From assembly GCA_021513715.1 (NCBI GenBank), contig CP084167.1:1568001-1632000 (forward strand): DNA of 64,000 bases, given 5' to 3'. This stretch comes from Candidatus Heimdallarchaeum endolithica (lineage in GTDB: Archaea; Asgardarchaeota; Heimdallarchaeia; Heimdallarchaeales; Heimdallarchaeaceae). Both the position numbers and the translations under genes were made by a program. Of the stretch, positions 38,782 to 49,699 are shown piece after piece. The first letter of the stretch is position 1. The number at the start of each line of letters is the position of its first letter. Under the pieces are notes generated by a model. The model did no database searches and was not told the DNA's origin. It saw only the letters and a list, made by a program, of their open reading frames with translations.

Positions 38782-38902
38782 TGGTCGGGACTCCGCGACT
38801 TGAACGCGGGGCCTGGCGGTTTCCATGGCTGACGACTTGATCATTGTTCACAAGCGCGATTTCTCTACAGCCGCCCGCTCTAGCCAACTGAGCTAAGTCC
38901 CG
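38782..38902 (-). tRNA. tRNA-Tyr(GUA) with 44-nt intron at 37/38 (38821-38864), CCA encoded
   Basis: Acceptor CGGGACU/AGUCCCG-A-CCA (C1-G72, A73); anticodon stem GGCGG/CCGCC; loop CU-GUA-G^A. Confidence 0.93.
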
Positions 38903-39249
38903 AACAATTTGTGGTTTTAACCTTCAACCATAGATTATTAGTTTTTTCATTTTATAACACTAACAATCTATTCGGTTTTTCACTTTCTACTTTTTTTCTT
39001 TTCCTTTTCTTCTTAAATTTTTCTTTTTATGCCCCTCTTTTTTTGGTGAATATAAACAAAAAACATTTTTTTATAAAAAGCCCTTATTTCTTCTTTTTTT
39101 GCAAAAAACAGTTACATTTTTTAATATTCATTTTTTCTAATTTTCTAATATTTTTCTTTTTTACCTTCAAAACTATATTTTTAAATTCTTTTAAAGAAAA
39201 AGTTTTAAGTATCCTTTCCAGTCAAGCTTGAAGGTGTAGACGATTAAAG

Positions 39250-40824
39250 ATGACCCCTGATTCTACTAATAACACATTTAGTGTTCCTATAAACAATAAA
39301 AAAATAGAAAATGTTCCTTCTACAATTATTGAATTTATTGAATCTAATCGTTCTTTATTTGATTCTTTTCAATTTCCTGTTATGATTACTGATGCTGACC
39401 GACGTATATTGTATATCAACCCTATTTTTAAAGAAGTTACAGGTTATAGTGACACTGATCTTTTAAACAATTTTTGGAACGATCTTGCTCCTCCTGAGTC
39501 TTTAGGTAAACTGCTTAAATACCATCATATTCGGAAGAAATTTCCGGATAAAGCTCCTAGTTCTTATGAAACTAGCTTTTCTTTAAAAAATGGACAGGAG
39601 AAAGAGTTTCTCCTTACAGTCACTCCATTATTTAATAATTATCTTTTTTTTCTTACTTTTACTGATGTTACTTCAAAGAAATTGGCTAAAATTGAACTTT
39701 CTCGCTCTTATGAACAATATTATACACTTGTCAACACTTCTCCCGATGGTATTTTACAATTAGATAAAGACTTAAACATTATAATGGCAAATAATGTTGC
39801 TAAATGCTTTATTAGACTTTTCTATGAAGAAGCTGAAATTATTGGCAAAAGTGTTTTCTGCTTAATACCTGAAGATCAACATGCAATAATTGACAATGCT
39901 GTAAAACATGCTATTAAAGAGGGGTATTATCGTAATTTGGAAATATCTTTACCAAATAAAAAAACTGGAACAACTTCTTATTTTGAGATTAACACTTCTG
40001 TAGTTTATGATCATGAAGAACCACTTTTTTTCATTGCTATAGTGCGTAATATTAGTGATCGAAAACAAATGGAAAAACAACTTCATGGATATACTACTAA
40101 ACTTGAACACTTAGTTAAGGAAAAAGCTAACAAATTAATGGAGCAAGAGCGTGTTGCGATGCTTGGACGTCTCGCTTCATCGATTAGTCACAACATTAAC
40201 AATCCTTTGCAATATGTTATTGGAAACGCAGAGCTCATTTTAAAACTATTAAACGAGCCTGACTTAGAACGTTCCTTGCTTCAAAATTTAGCTCAAACAC
40301 TCATTTCTGGCTGTTACCGTATAGTAGAAGTTTCTGATAAACTTCGTCGAGCTTCACGAAAAAGTGATGTGAGCATTTTTGATATAGCTATACCCATTGA
40401 AGTTGCTATTTCTGTAACTAAAGGTAAATGGATGAAAAAGTGCTCTCAGATCAAAGTTCGCTATTTAACTGATAAAGCCATCAAAATTAAAGGTGTTGAA
40501 TCTGACATTGCACATGTTTTCATGAATCTCATTATCAATGCAGTTCAAGCAATTAAAGAGAAAGGAGAGATAGAGATACGTATTTCAAAACTTTCTTCTC
40601 GTAAAGTTTTCATTGAAGTTCAAGATAACGGTAGTGGCATTCCCCCTGATATTGCTGATAAAATAGGTAAAGAAACTGTTACAACAAAAAGTCCAGAAGT
40701 TGGTACGGGATTAGGTTTATTATGGGTTTATGACACGATACATCAGCATTATGGAACAATTGATTTTGAAACCAAACTGGAAAAAGGAACTACTTTTAGA
40801 ATTGCTCTTCCTATTGCAAATTAG
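39250..40824 (+). CDS. Cytoplasmic PAS-PAS histidine kinase
   Basis: Two PAS domains, H-box SHNINNPL, NLIINA, DNGSGI, GTGLGL. Confidence 0.93.
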   Translation: MTPDSTNNTFSVPINNKKIENVPSTIIEFIESNRSLFDSFQFPVMITDADRRILYINPIFKEVTGYSDTDLLNNFWNDLAPPESLGKLLKYHHIRKKFPDKAPSSYETSFSLKNGQEKEFLLTVTPLFNNYLFFLTFTDVTSKKLAKIELSRSYEQYYTLVNTSPDGILQLDKDLNIIMANNVAKCFIRLFYEEAEIIGKSVFCLIPEDQHAIIDNAVKHAIKEGYYRNLEISLPNKKTGTTSYFEINTSVVYDHEEPLFFIAIVRNISDRKQMEKQLHGYTTKLEHLVKEKANKLMEQERVAMLGRLASSISHNINNPLQYVIGNAELILKLLNEPDLERSLLQNLAQTLISGCYRIVEVSDKLRRASRKSDVSIFDIAIPIEVAISVTKGKWMKKCSQIKVRYLTDKAIKIKGVESDIAHVFMNLIINAVQAIKEKGEIEIRISKLSSRKVFIEVQDNGSGIPPDIADKIGKETVTTKSPEVGTGLGLLWVYDTIHQHYGTIDFETKLEKGTTFRIALPIAN

Positions 40825-40861
40825 AAAAATGACTTCAATGAAATTTTACTTTATAATTTAT

Positions 40862-41809
40862 TTATTTTTTTAATGTTCGTTCTCCCACTACATATTTAGA
40901 CTTTATTTCTATTTGTTTCTGTTTTTTTGATTTTGTTTTTTTCTCTTTTACTTGATAAATCAGTCTATTTTTTGTTTCATCTACCATCAATTTTATTGAA
41001 ACATTTGTCCCCTCTAGTCTTTTTCTCCACTGATAGCATAGTAGATTTAAGAACTCTTTTTCACTCATTTTCTCAGGATTTGCTAAACTGTGTAGAGCTT
41101 CAACATCTTTATAATTGTCAAAAATTATTTCATACATATCTTTTTTTTTGAAGATGACACCTTTTAACCCGTAAACATTTTCTCCAATAATTGAAATATA
41201 TGCTACAACTTTAAAAATTCCTTCAAGAAATCCAAATAGTTCATCAAGTTCTTCTTGAAAAAATTCTTTATCATCAAAAAATTGTTTTGCCTTATTCTTC
41301 CCCAAATTACTTGTCAAGTAAGTATAGATTTTATTTATCATTTGAACTCTCATCTTGGCGTCCATCAGTCTTATCCAATTTTCATTAAGTCTTGGTATTT
41401 CTATTCTCTCTTGTTTTGGTTCTTCATAAACAGCTACCGTAGTATTATTTAAACCTGTAATTACTAGTTTTTGAAACTCCTTCATAGGATTATTTAGAAT
41501 CCATGTAATATCCTCATTTTCTGTTGGAGAGATTCTTGTTGAACTATGAATCCTTATTTCGCCATTACTCATTTTCTTTATAAATCGTGGATAAATCCTA
41601 AATCTTGCCAAACTATTTTTGAAATTATTTATTATCATACTAATAAAAGCTTGAATTACCCCTTGTGCTGCAAGATCTTCTGATTGTATTACAGTTTCGA
41701 TTTCCCAGTGCCTTTGCTCGTTAACTATTGTTTCCACAGAATAAAGTAACTGATTTATCTCTTCTAATTCAGTTTCGTTTAGATTTACAACTTGAACCAA
41801 GTTTACCAC
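40862..41809 (-). CDS. Hypothetical protein
   Basis: 315-aa ORF with normal composition; no motif recognised. Confidence 0.6.
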   Translation of the reverse strand: MVNLVQVVNLNETELEEINQLLYSVETIVNEQRHWEIETVIQSEDLAAQGVIQAFISMIINNFKNSLARFRIYPRFIKKMSNGEIRIHSSTRISPTENEDITWILNNPMKEFQKLVITGLNNTTVAVYEEPKQERIEIPRLNENWIRLMDAKMRVQMINKIYTYLTSNLGKNKAKQFFDDKEFFQEELDELFGFLEGIFKVVAYISIIGENVYGLKGVIFKKKDMYEIIFDNYKDVEALHSLANPEKMSEKEFLNLLCYQWRKRLEGTNVSIKLMVDETKNRLIYQVKEKKTKSKKQKQIEIKSKYVVGERTLKK

Positions 41810-41949
41810 ACAATCAAATTCTGTCTACAGATGAAATATGAAATATTCTTTTTATTTATTTCTGAGGAACTGAAAAAAAATTCATAATAAAGAAAGTTCG
41901 TTTCAAAATGTCACTCTTTTTAAATTATTATTAACTTTTTTCTTTAACA

Positions 41950-43278
41950 ATGCCTTTACAAGAGAAAAAGGAAGTGAGAGAGACAACACTTGTCTTGGCA
42001 GAGAGCGATATTTTAATCAAACACCGAAGAGCATATAGAAACTTAACCCAAAAATATATTATTTCAGAAAGGTTTATCACTCAACTTCCTGTGATTAATG
42101 CTCAAGCAAAAGATAAATTTGCAGATCTTCCTACAACAATTAACAAAGAGGAAAACAGGACTATTGTTGAATTTAAACATAGAAAACCCATAAAACCTAG
42201 AGAAATATGTGCAGCAGAGTTGTCTCTATTAATTGATGACTCTTTCACTAATCGAATTGGCTATTTACGAATTATTGATTGGCCAAGCGAAGATTTAACC
42301 GATATACATTTTTTACACACAAAACCTTTTTTTGTTTCTGCCATTGGTAAAGTTGAAAAAAACACTATAACTCCAGCTCCTGGATTCAAATCTATCATAA
42401 GTCATGCTAGAAAAGGTTCTACCATTCGTATTGAATATCTTCCCAAGACAAAACCCATCCCCTCAATTATTTGGACTGAGGAGTATATTATTAAAAATAT
42501 ATCAGAAGAATCAATAGAAGAATGTGCATTAAAATTTTTGGTCCCGAGAAATGACATAAAACAAAAAGTAAGCATAAAAGCTAATGAGAAAATAACTTTA
42601 TCTCAAGATTCAGATGGAAATGCTTGGGCAAATGCTACCTTACATAAACTACAAAAAGGAGAAAAGAGAAAAATAACTCTAATGTATAAAATTGATAAAA
42701 CAAGCTACTCTTTCTCTAATGATTATGGAAATATTCAGTTCCTAAAAAGTTTATCAGAACCTAGCTCAGCAGGACGATATTATCTTAAAGGATCAAAACT
42801 CTGGCCTGTTAATGATATCAAAATTCAGAAGATAGCTAGAAGTATTCTTGAAGATCAAACAGAGATTTTTAATATTGTAAAACTAATCTTTGAATTTGTT
42901 AACCAGAGTTTCACTTATGAAGCAAACGGAGTTAGATTACCTGCTGATGAAATGATTAAAAGTAAGAGGGGTGACTGCTCTGAATTCAGCGATTTATTTG
43001 TAACACTAGCAAGAGCTTGTGGTATTCCTGCGAGAGTGTGCACAGGTTACTTTTGGGGCCTTAATGGTAAATTAGAAGGGCATGCTTGGTGCGAAATTTT
43101 CACTAAACAAGGGTGGATGCAATTAGATCCTTTGCATGGTTTTTTACATGGAGTATCATTTCAGCACATTCTTTTTTCTAAAGAATCAAATGATGTTGAT
43201 TATCCCTCTTATATTGTGAAGAATATAGGTGGAGAAATTGACATAAAAAAAACATCTTATGTAGAGGTAAAAAAATAA
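41950..43278 (+). CDS. Transglutaminase-like domain protein
   Basis: GDCSEFS, RACGIPAR, HAWCE, W..LDP triad. Confidence 0.9.
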   Translation: MPLQEKKEVRETTLVLAESDILIKHRRAYRNLTQKYIISERFITQLPVINAQAKDKFADLPTTINKEENRTIVEFKHRKPIKPREICAAELSLLIDDSFTNRIGYLRIIDWPSEDLTDIHFLHTKPFFVSAIGKVEKNTITPAPGFKSIISHARKGSTIRIEYLPKTKPIPSIIWTEEYIIKNISEESIEECALKFLVPRNDIKQKVSIKANEKITLSQDSDGNAWANATLHKLQKGEKRKITLMYKIDKTSYSFSNDYGNIQFLKSLSEPSSAGRYYLKGSKLWPVNDIKIQKIARSILEDQTEIFNIVKLIFEFVNQSFTYEANGVRLPADEMIKSKRGDCSEFSDLFVTLARACGIPARVCTGYFWGLNGKLEGHAWCEIFTKQGWMQLDPLHGFLHGVSFQHILFSKESNDVDYPSYIVKNIGGEIDIKKTSYVEVKK

Positions 43279-43306
43279 GATTGACTTTTTAATAGATGAA
43301 GTTTAT

Positions 43307-43906
43307 TTATTTTTTTTCCAAACTAGATATAACACTTTCTAAAATTTGTTTTTCTTCATCATTTTCTTCTTTAATCATTAGATCCCAAAGGATGGGCAGT
43401 GATTCTTTTGTTGCATAAATACGCACTAAACTTAGAGCTAGTTTTTTAGGAAAAGAATTGTTTTCATTTGCAATTATGTTTAACAAAAATTTTTCCAACT
43501 GTTCATTATCTAGTTTTTTCTTTTCATGAATTTTCCTCAAAGCAGTCCCTTTAATGATACTTGATGAACCTGTCCTTACTTCTTTCACAAGAAAATCTTT
43601 ACTATTAAAATTCTCATAATCACCTAAAGTTTCAATTATGGCAATTTTCACGCTTTCATCCTTTTCTCTATAATAAATCCTTTCAAGTTTTTCTCCATTA
43701 TCTTTTGTATCGTAATTTTTTAATTGAATTGCAGCTAAAACTCTAATTTTGTAAAATTTCTCTTTTTCTAATATATCTAACAAAAAATCTGCAATATCTG
43801 GATCACATAAAGTATTCCACTTAATAAGTTGGTCGATTTTTTCTTTATCTGTACCATTTCTAAACTTATATTTTATTCTTGAAGGTTCAATCTTCATCAA
43901 GAACAT
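43307..43906 (-). CDS. HEAT-repeat protein
   Basis: Repeated E....VK.A.+..L helical pairs. Confidence 0.7.
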   Translation of the reverse strand: MFLMKIEPSRIKYKFRNGTDKEKIDQLIKWNTLCDPDIADFLLDILEKEKFYKIRVLAAIQLKNYDTKDNGEKLERIYYREKDESVKIAIIETLGDYENFNSKDFLVKEVRTGSSSIIKGTALRKIHEKKKLDNEQLEKFLLNIIANENNSFPKKLALSLVRIYATKESLPILWDLMIKEENDEEKQILESVISSLEKK

Positions 43907-43977
43907 TTCAGTTTTTTCTATAAAAAGAAATCGAATTGGGGTTTATATAGTTCAATAGTATTATATTTAAGAGGAAG

Positions 43978-44559
43978 TTGACTTTAAAAATTGAAACAAA
44001 AAACAAAGAAAAAGAAAAAATGAAATTTGCAATAGTTTACTTTAGCGATAAAGGTTTTACTGTTTTTTTAACAAACATATTTGACAAAAAATTACTTATA
44101 AATTTAGAACATTATCCTACATTAATTGGGATTATGCAAAACCAAGATCCTTCTGGTTTAACTACAATAAAAGTTGATGATAACAATTTTCTCTACACCT
44201 ATATTATAAATTTAAAAAACCCAGAAGCTAGAGACCCCAGACTCAAGAAAGATACTATGACTGTGATCAACTTCCTCGTTAATAAAGAAACAAATAGAAA
44301 AATAATTCTATTTTACGATGAATTTGAGAAATTTTTAGATGATTTTTTTTATCCTGTTGTTTTTTTGGATGACTTATATGCTATCGACTTTTCTAATTTA
44401 ATTTCAAAGTTTCTAAATATAGCCTACAATCAAACTGAAATCAACAACTCTTTACTTGAAATCTCAGAGGAAGCAGTGATTTCAAAAAGAAATAATAGAA
44501 AACTATCTTTAGCAGTAGAATTTAACAAATGGATAGAAGAAAATCACCAAATTAAATAG
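43978..44559 (+). CDS. Hypothetical protein, possible longin/uDENN-like fold
   Basis: FAIVYFSDKG and YII.LKNPEARDPRL resemble Asgard uDENN-like proteins; weak. Confidence 0.45.
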   Translation: MTLKIETKNKEKEKMKFAIVYFSDKGFTVFLTNIFDKKLLINLEHYPTLIGIMQNQDPSGLTTIKVDDNNFLYTYIINLKNPEARDPRLKKDTMTVINFLVNKETNRKIILFYDEFEKFLDDFFYPVVFLDDLYAIDFSNLISKFLNIAYNQTEINNSLLEISEEAVISKRNNRKLSLAVEFNKWIEENHQIK

Positions 44560-44634
44560 TTATTTGTCTATTGGACAATATTTTAAATCTGTTCAATAAA
44601 CAGTCATTTAACTACTTAAAACAAATGGGATATT

Positions 44635-45552
44635 ATGCTTGAGATTAGGTTTCATGGGCGAGGAGGAACAGGAACTGTCACTGCTTCTCGTGCTTTAGCT
44701 AAAGCAGTATTTTATGAAGGAAAACATGCTGTAACATTTCCTTCATTTGGTGCAGAAAGAAGAGGAGCTCCTGTCTTGGCTTTTGCTAGAATAGATAATA
44801 AAAAAATAACAAAACGCACTCAAATTTATGAACCTGATATAGTTGTAGTACTAGATGATTCACTTCTTGAATTAACTGATGTAGCTAAAGGTCTAAAAGA
44901 AAACGGTATATGTGTTGTAAATACAAAAAAGAAGCCAGAAGAAATACAACTATCAAAGGTAGTAAAAGTTGCCACAGTCGATGCGTCAAAAATTGCTAGA
45001 GAGGAAATAGGACTAGAAATAACAAATAGTGCAATTTTGGGTGCACTAGCCAAAAGTGTAAATATCGTTTCTTTGAGTAACTTGTTGAAAGCAATAAAAG
45101 AAGTTTTTGCTGTAAAACTAGGAGAAAGTGCAGCAGAAAAAAATTGTAATGCAGCAAAAAGAGCGTATAACGAAACAACTTTTGGCCAATGTAAAGGAGG
45201 TAAATCTTATCAAGAGCACCAACCTTGGCTACCCACAGTCGACGAATTGCCAATTGGTACAATAATTCCAAAAACTAAAGTGAAAACAGGACAAATGATA
45301 GGGCCTGGAACAGCTAATACTAGAATTACAGGTACATGGAGTCATAAAAAGGCATTTATTGATACTGAAAAATGCATAAAATGTCTACAATGCGTATTTC
45401 ATTGTCCTGAAGGGACTATACACAGAGAAGAAGATATAATTAAAGTAGATTGGTCATATTGCAAAGCTTGTGGTGTTTGCATAAATATTTGCCCCAAATC
45501 TGCAATCTCATTTATAACTGTAAAAGATATTGCAGAGATAATAAGTAAGTGA
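44635..45552 (+). CDS. 2-oxoacid:ferredoxin oxidoreductase gamma-delta fusion
   Basis: EIRFHGRGG, FGAERRGAP; C-terminal TGTW and two 4Fe-4S motifs. Confidence 0.92.
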   Translation: MLEIRFHGRGGTGTVTASRALAKAVFYEGKHAVTFPSFGAERRGAPVLAFARIDNKKITKRTQIYEPDIVVVLDDSLLELTDVAKGLKENGICVVNTKKKPEEIQLSKVVKVATVDASKIAREEIGLEITNSAILGALAKSVNIVSLSNLLKAIKEVFAVKLGESAAEKNCNAAKRAYNETTFGQCKGGKSYQEHQPWLPTVDELPIGTIIPKTKVKTGQMIGPGTANTRITGTWSHKKAFIDTEKCIKCLQCVFHCPEGTIHREEDIIKVDWSYCKACGVCINICPKSAISFITVKDIAEIISK

Positions 45553-45598
45553 TTTTTTGCAACGAAAAGGGTAAAATACTCTTCTTTTTTTTGTTGTT

Positions 45599-46492
45599 TT
45601 ATTTGTATTTGTCTAATTTATCTCCCTTTTTATGAAATTCTTTATAGACATCAAAACTTATAACATCATCTTTTTTTGAGGAAAAATCTAAAGGTTCTCC
45701 TTCATCATATTCTTCATCATATTCTTCATCAAAGCTGTCAAAATCATCTTCATCTGCAAAATCTTCAAAATCGTCTTCTGCTTCCCAAAATATCATTTCA
45801 TCTGGCTCTACAAATGAAGAGTCAAAAGTGTTTAATTTATCAGATTTTAAGTCTAGGTCAAACAATTTTTCTAGTTCTTTAAGTGCAATAAGAGCTGCTT
45901 CATTATCAGCCTCAAAGGTATTACAATAAGATAAAACAACTAGTGTAGCTAACGAGTAGGCACTAGACTCCATAAGCAGGTAGTGAATTGGTCCCTTTAT
46001 AGACAAATGATCTTTAAATGTTCTTTTCACTCCAAATTGTTCTGAATACTTTGTTGTAGGAATTAAGGCTACCCATGAATCATTAGATGAATTCCTAATT
46101 TCTTCTCTCAAACCACCTATTGCTATATATCTCTTAGCTTTCCAAGAAAGAATCTCTTGACTTAATAACTTCCAAAAAACATCTGGTAAAGCTCGAATCC
46201 CGACAACAGGCACATTTAATCTAGATGTCACAAGAACAAATTTTTCTTGAGGATCATTCGATTTGATATCTAGTTTAAAAACAGTGATAGGAGCTTCAAG
46301 TCGATCGTTATGAAACCAACTTACAGGTCCCCAATAGCCAATAGAAGTAACCCTAAAAGCTTCTGCTAAATGATTTGCAACTAGTCTTCCTACAGAACCA
46401 TAACCTGAGAAGCCTATGATAACTGTTGTATCTTCATCGATAATACTAGAATCGAGAGAAAAATGTTGGGAGATTACAAGAGATTCTTTCAT
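45599..46492 (-). CDS. PAC2-family proteasome assembly chaperone-like protein with acidic tail
   Basis: IGFSGYGSVGRLVANHL, IAIGG, D.EAA...L. Confidence 0.75.
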   Translation of the reverse strand: MKESLVISQHFSLDSSIIDEDTTVIIGFSGYGSVGRLVANHLAEAFRVTSIGYWGPVSWFHNDRLEAPITVFKLDIKSNDPQEKFVLVTSRLNVPVVGIRALPDVFWKLLSQEILSWKAKRYIAIGGLREEIRNSSNDSWVALIPTTKYSEQFGVKRTFKDHLSIKGPIHYLLMESSAYSLATLVVLSYCNTFEADNEAALIALKELEKLFDLDLKSDKLNTFDSSFVEPDEMIFWEAEDDFEDFADEDDFDSFDEEYDEEYDEGEPLDFSSKKDDVISFDVYKEFHKKGDKLDKYK

Positions 46493-46551
46493 TTTTACCT
46501 TGAGCTAAAAAGAAAAAGGAGGGTAAAAAAATTTGTTGTTGTGCAACTTTT

Positions 46552-47991
46552 TTATTCTTTTCTTCTTACGTTTGCTTTTGAAATAAATTCTTTTTCTGCT
46601 GGCCAAAGAAGTGTGGCAATGGTGGTTAGAACTAATAGAAAAACAATAGGTATCATTAAACCAATCATATTATAGTAAAAGTAAATATCTCCTACAAAAC
46701 TATAAACGATTATCAAAGCAACGCCACCAAGAACTATTCCTATTATTTCACTTAATGACATTATAGTTTGCTGGACACTCATTGTTGTTCCATGTCTTTC
46801 TTCTTTAAAGCCTATTGAAGAACTATCACCTAATCGTCCACTAATTGCAGGAAAATATGCTGAAGCAAGGATAACAAAAATTACAAGCAATGTAATAATC
46901 CAAGAATGATCAAGAATAGAAGATAAATCTTCAGGATCAACATAATTACCAAAATAAGAGAAGCCTAACATAAAAGTCATACCAATCATCCCAAAAACGC
47001 CAATAGCTAATGTTTTCTTGCGACCTATTTTATCTGCAACATAACCCCATAAAGCCATTGGCGCCCCCATAAGCAAAGTTAAAAGAACTGTAACTGTACT
47101 TCCTACATCAGCACCCGTTTCTAAGGAAATGACAAGAAAAGCCCAATTATTCAAGATTCCGATGATTGAAGCTGTACCTACTAGTGGAAGGATAATTCCT
47201 CTTCTTTCTTTGTTTGTCAGAAGATTCCAAGATGCTAGTAACTGCTTCTTTAGACTGAAATTGCTCCTAGAAATAATAGGCTTTGTTTTTTCAACTGTAA
47301 AGTAAACTATCAAGGCAGAAATTATTAGAAAAAAAGCAAAAACCAGATATTCATAAACCAACCATGAGGGTCTTAAGGGGTGCCATGATGCATCATCACT
47401 TTGACCCACAAAAAATTTGTAAAGAAATCCAGCTAAAACTACCCCAGTTGATCTCCCTGCGGTCACAGCAACATTGTACATACCCATTCTTGTTGCTCGA
47501 TTTTCATATACACTAAAACGTGAGATATAACCATAAGAAGCATTAACTTTAGCACTACCAGCAACACCATGAATAAAATGATACACACTCATTCCGAATA
47601 TTATTAGTCCATTAGCAAGAGGAACGATACCTATTAACCCTTGCCAATCAAACGCGCAAACGCCATATCCAAAGAGGACTAAACCTCCACTTGCTGTTCC
47701 AAAAAGAATCCACTTTTTTGCATCATCAATATCAGCTTTACTCCCAAAAAAGCCTGAAGAAGCGATTACTGCAAGTGCATAAGTAATCTCAACAATCATT
47801 ATTGCTATATTTGCAACCCAACCCTCCATTTTTAGGTGTTTGTATATATAAAGAGGCATTAAAACTGTAGTACTACCAAAAGCAACTCGTAAAAAAAATG
47901 TTGAGATGATAATACCTAAAAAAGAAAGTTTTTGGTGTCTTAACTTAAATAACTTCTCATCTTCTTTACTATTGGTTGATTTGTCGATCAT
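46552..47991 (-). CDS. MFS transporter
   Basis: About 12 TM segments; WGYVADKIGRK. Confidence 0.88.
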   Translation of the reverse strand: MIDKSTNSKEDEKLFKLRHQKLSFLGIIISTFFLRVAFGSTTVLMPLYIYKHLKMEGWVANIAIMIVEITYALAVIASSGFFGSKADIDDAKKWILFGTASGGLVLFGYGVCAFDWQGLIGIVPLANGLIIFGMSVYHFIHGVAGSAKVNASYGYISRFSVYENRATRMGMYNVAVTAGRSTGVVLAGFLYKFFVGQSDDASWHPLRPSWLVYEYLVFAFFLIISALIVYFTVEKTKPIISRSNFSLKKQLLASWNLLTNKERRGIILPLVGTASIIGILNNWAFLVISLETGADVGSTVTVLLTLLMGAPMALWGYVADKIGRKKTLAIGVFGMIGMTFMLGFSYFGNYVDPEDLSSILDHSWIITLLVIFVILASAYFPAISGRLGDSSSIGFKEERHGTTMSVQQTIMSLSEIIGIVLGGVALIIVYSFVGDIYFYYNMIGLMIPIVFLLVLTTIATLLWPAEKEFISKANVRRKE

Positions 47992-48328
47992 AATTTTCAC
48001 TAATTGTTTAGACAGCAATAGGGCAAGCTTATTAAATTTATTGTTTAATTGGCGTAAGTTTTAAGATCTTAAGTGCTAATACCAAAATGGAATTTTATTT
48101 AAAACTTATTTGATTTAAAATTCAAATATAAGCGTAAGAAAATTTTAAATGTTTTAACGTCAATGTATTTGTAATAATAAAAGAAGTAGCATATTGATCT
48201 ATATTGAGATACTGACTCCGATAGATTTTTATGTTCCTTCTGTGATATGCAAAATATTTAAGAATGGCAGTGTCCATAACATATAATGATATAATTAAAA
48301 AAGCTAGATTAAAAATAAAGGTGGAAAA

Positions 48329-48751
48329 ATGTCAGAAAATAGCGTTACTATGGCAAAAATGACCAAATTAGTGGCAGAGGAACCAATCGAGTTACCTGAA
48401 GAATTTTTAGAAGCTCTTAAACCAGATGGAAAGAGTCATGCAGTGTTAATTTTAGCACCGAATACTAGAATAATTAGAATCATACCCACAGAATCGCCCG
48501 AAGTGATAAAGATTAATATCAATATAGGAAAACTTTCTCCAGATTTCTTACGTAAGATGGGATCAATCTTTATTCGACTTGGAATCAAAACTTTGTACAG
48601 CACGGGGTTGTGTTTCACTCAAAGCGCGTGTGTATACGAAGGGTACATTGATAGTGAAGAATTAAAGGAAGTATCAATTGATACAATAAAAGACGAGTTA
48701 GAGAGAATAGAAGGCGTTTCTAGCGTCGAAGTAGAACATCTAACAGTGTAA
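48329..48751 (+). CDS. Hypothetical protein with ACT-like C-terminal domain
   Basis: GGTGG upstream of the start; LYSTGLC...CVYEGY, IEGVSSVEV. Confidence 0.6.
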   Translation: MSENSVTMAKMTKLVAEEPIELPEEFLEALKPDGKSHAVLILAPNTRIIRIIPTESPEVIKININIGKLSPDFLRKMGSIFIRLGIKTLYSTGLCFTQSACVYEGYIDSEELKEVSIDTIKDELERIEGVSSVEVEHLTV

Positions 48752-48867
48752 TATGTTTGGTTCCTAAACCATAACATGATTCTTTCTATTTTTTATTTCT
48801 TAATTGATATTTTATCAAAAATTGTGCCACTTTTCTGTAAGTTTTCAGATAAAACAAATTTGCAAAT

Positions 48868-49569
48868 TTAGGTAAGACTATCTACTTGCTCCTTTTTTTC
48901 AGAAAAAATTTCTTTTTCTTCTACTTCTCCTAGTATCCAGTCACCAAGAGAGATAGAAAAGGTTGTATCTTGATGTCCTGGGCATTCAATACGAATTGTT
49001 AAACTCTTTTTTGTTTTTTCTATAACTGTTGGAACTAAACAATTGTCTTCCAGGATATCAAGTAATGCTGAAACATAAGAATCAGAAATTGAACTAATAC
49101 TTTCTTCCTGAATTTTATTTCCCAAAGGACCTAGTTTATAGCAAGTTTTTCTTCCCTCTTTATATTTAGAAATAAGTCCAGCTTCTATCATTCGCTCCAC
49201 ATGATGTCTTACTGTGTCATGGTGTAAATTAAGTTCTCTAGCAATATCAGATTGGTAAGTACCTTCATTATTTGCTATACAATTGAATATTTTCTTTGCT
49301 GTTGGATGTTTTATAGCAGTAAAAGCTTTTTCAACTTCTTCAGATCTAAGGTTTCGAGGATAATAGATCCTTTTTCCACCAAATTTTAGGGATTTTATCA
49401 AGTTAGCTTTTTCTAGTTGTCTCAGATGCCAATCAATAGTTCCTTGAGGAAGGGACAAAATATTAGAGAGTTCAAAGAAATACAATCCAGGAGTTTCACA
49501 AAGAATCTTATAGATTTCTTTTCTTTGAGGATGTAAAATTAAAGTTTGCTCTTTCCTTTTGGTAGGCAT
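48868..49569 (-). CDS. Tandem winged-HTH transcriptional regulator
   Basis: Two R..I...I...PG/EG...HL..L...LI repeats; divergent from the moxR operon. Confidence 0.85.
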   Translation of the reverse strand: MPTKRKEQTLILHPQRKEIYKILCETPGLYFFELSNILSLPQGTIDWHLRQLEKANLIKSLKFGGKRIYYPRNLRSEEVEKAFTAIKHPTAKKIFNCIANNEGTYQSDIARELNLHHDTVRHHVERMIEAGLISKYKEGRKTCYKLGPLGNKIQEESISSISDSYVSALLDILEDNCLVPTVIEKTKKSLTIRIECPGHQDTTFSISLGDWILGEVEEKEIFSEKKEQVDSLT

Positions 49570-49699
49570 AATGTCCCTCTTACAATATTATATTAAATAC
49601 TTCTTTGTTAAAAAACTTTTTTGAGAAACAAGGTTTAATTCAAGAGATGATGAATATATATATTTTTAAGTAAGTATAGTGAGTTGTTTTTGGGTAGAA

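Noticed and set aside
38532-39231. ORFs 38532-38840, 38630-38887 and 38911-39231
   Set aside because: They overlap tRNA-Tyr or are translations of low-complexity T-rich DNA.
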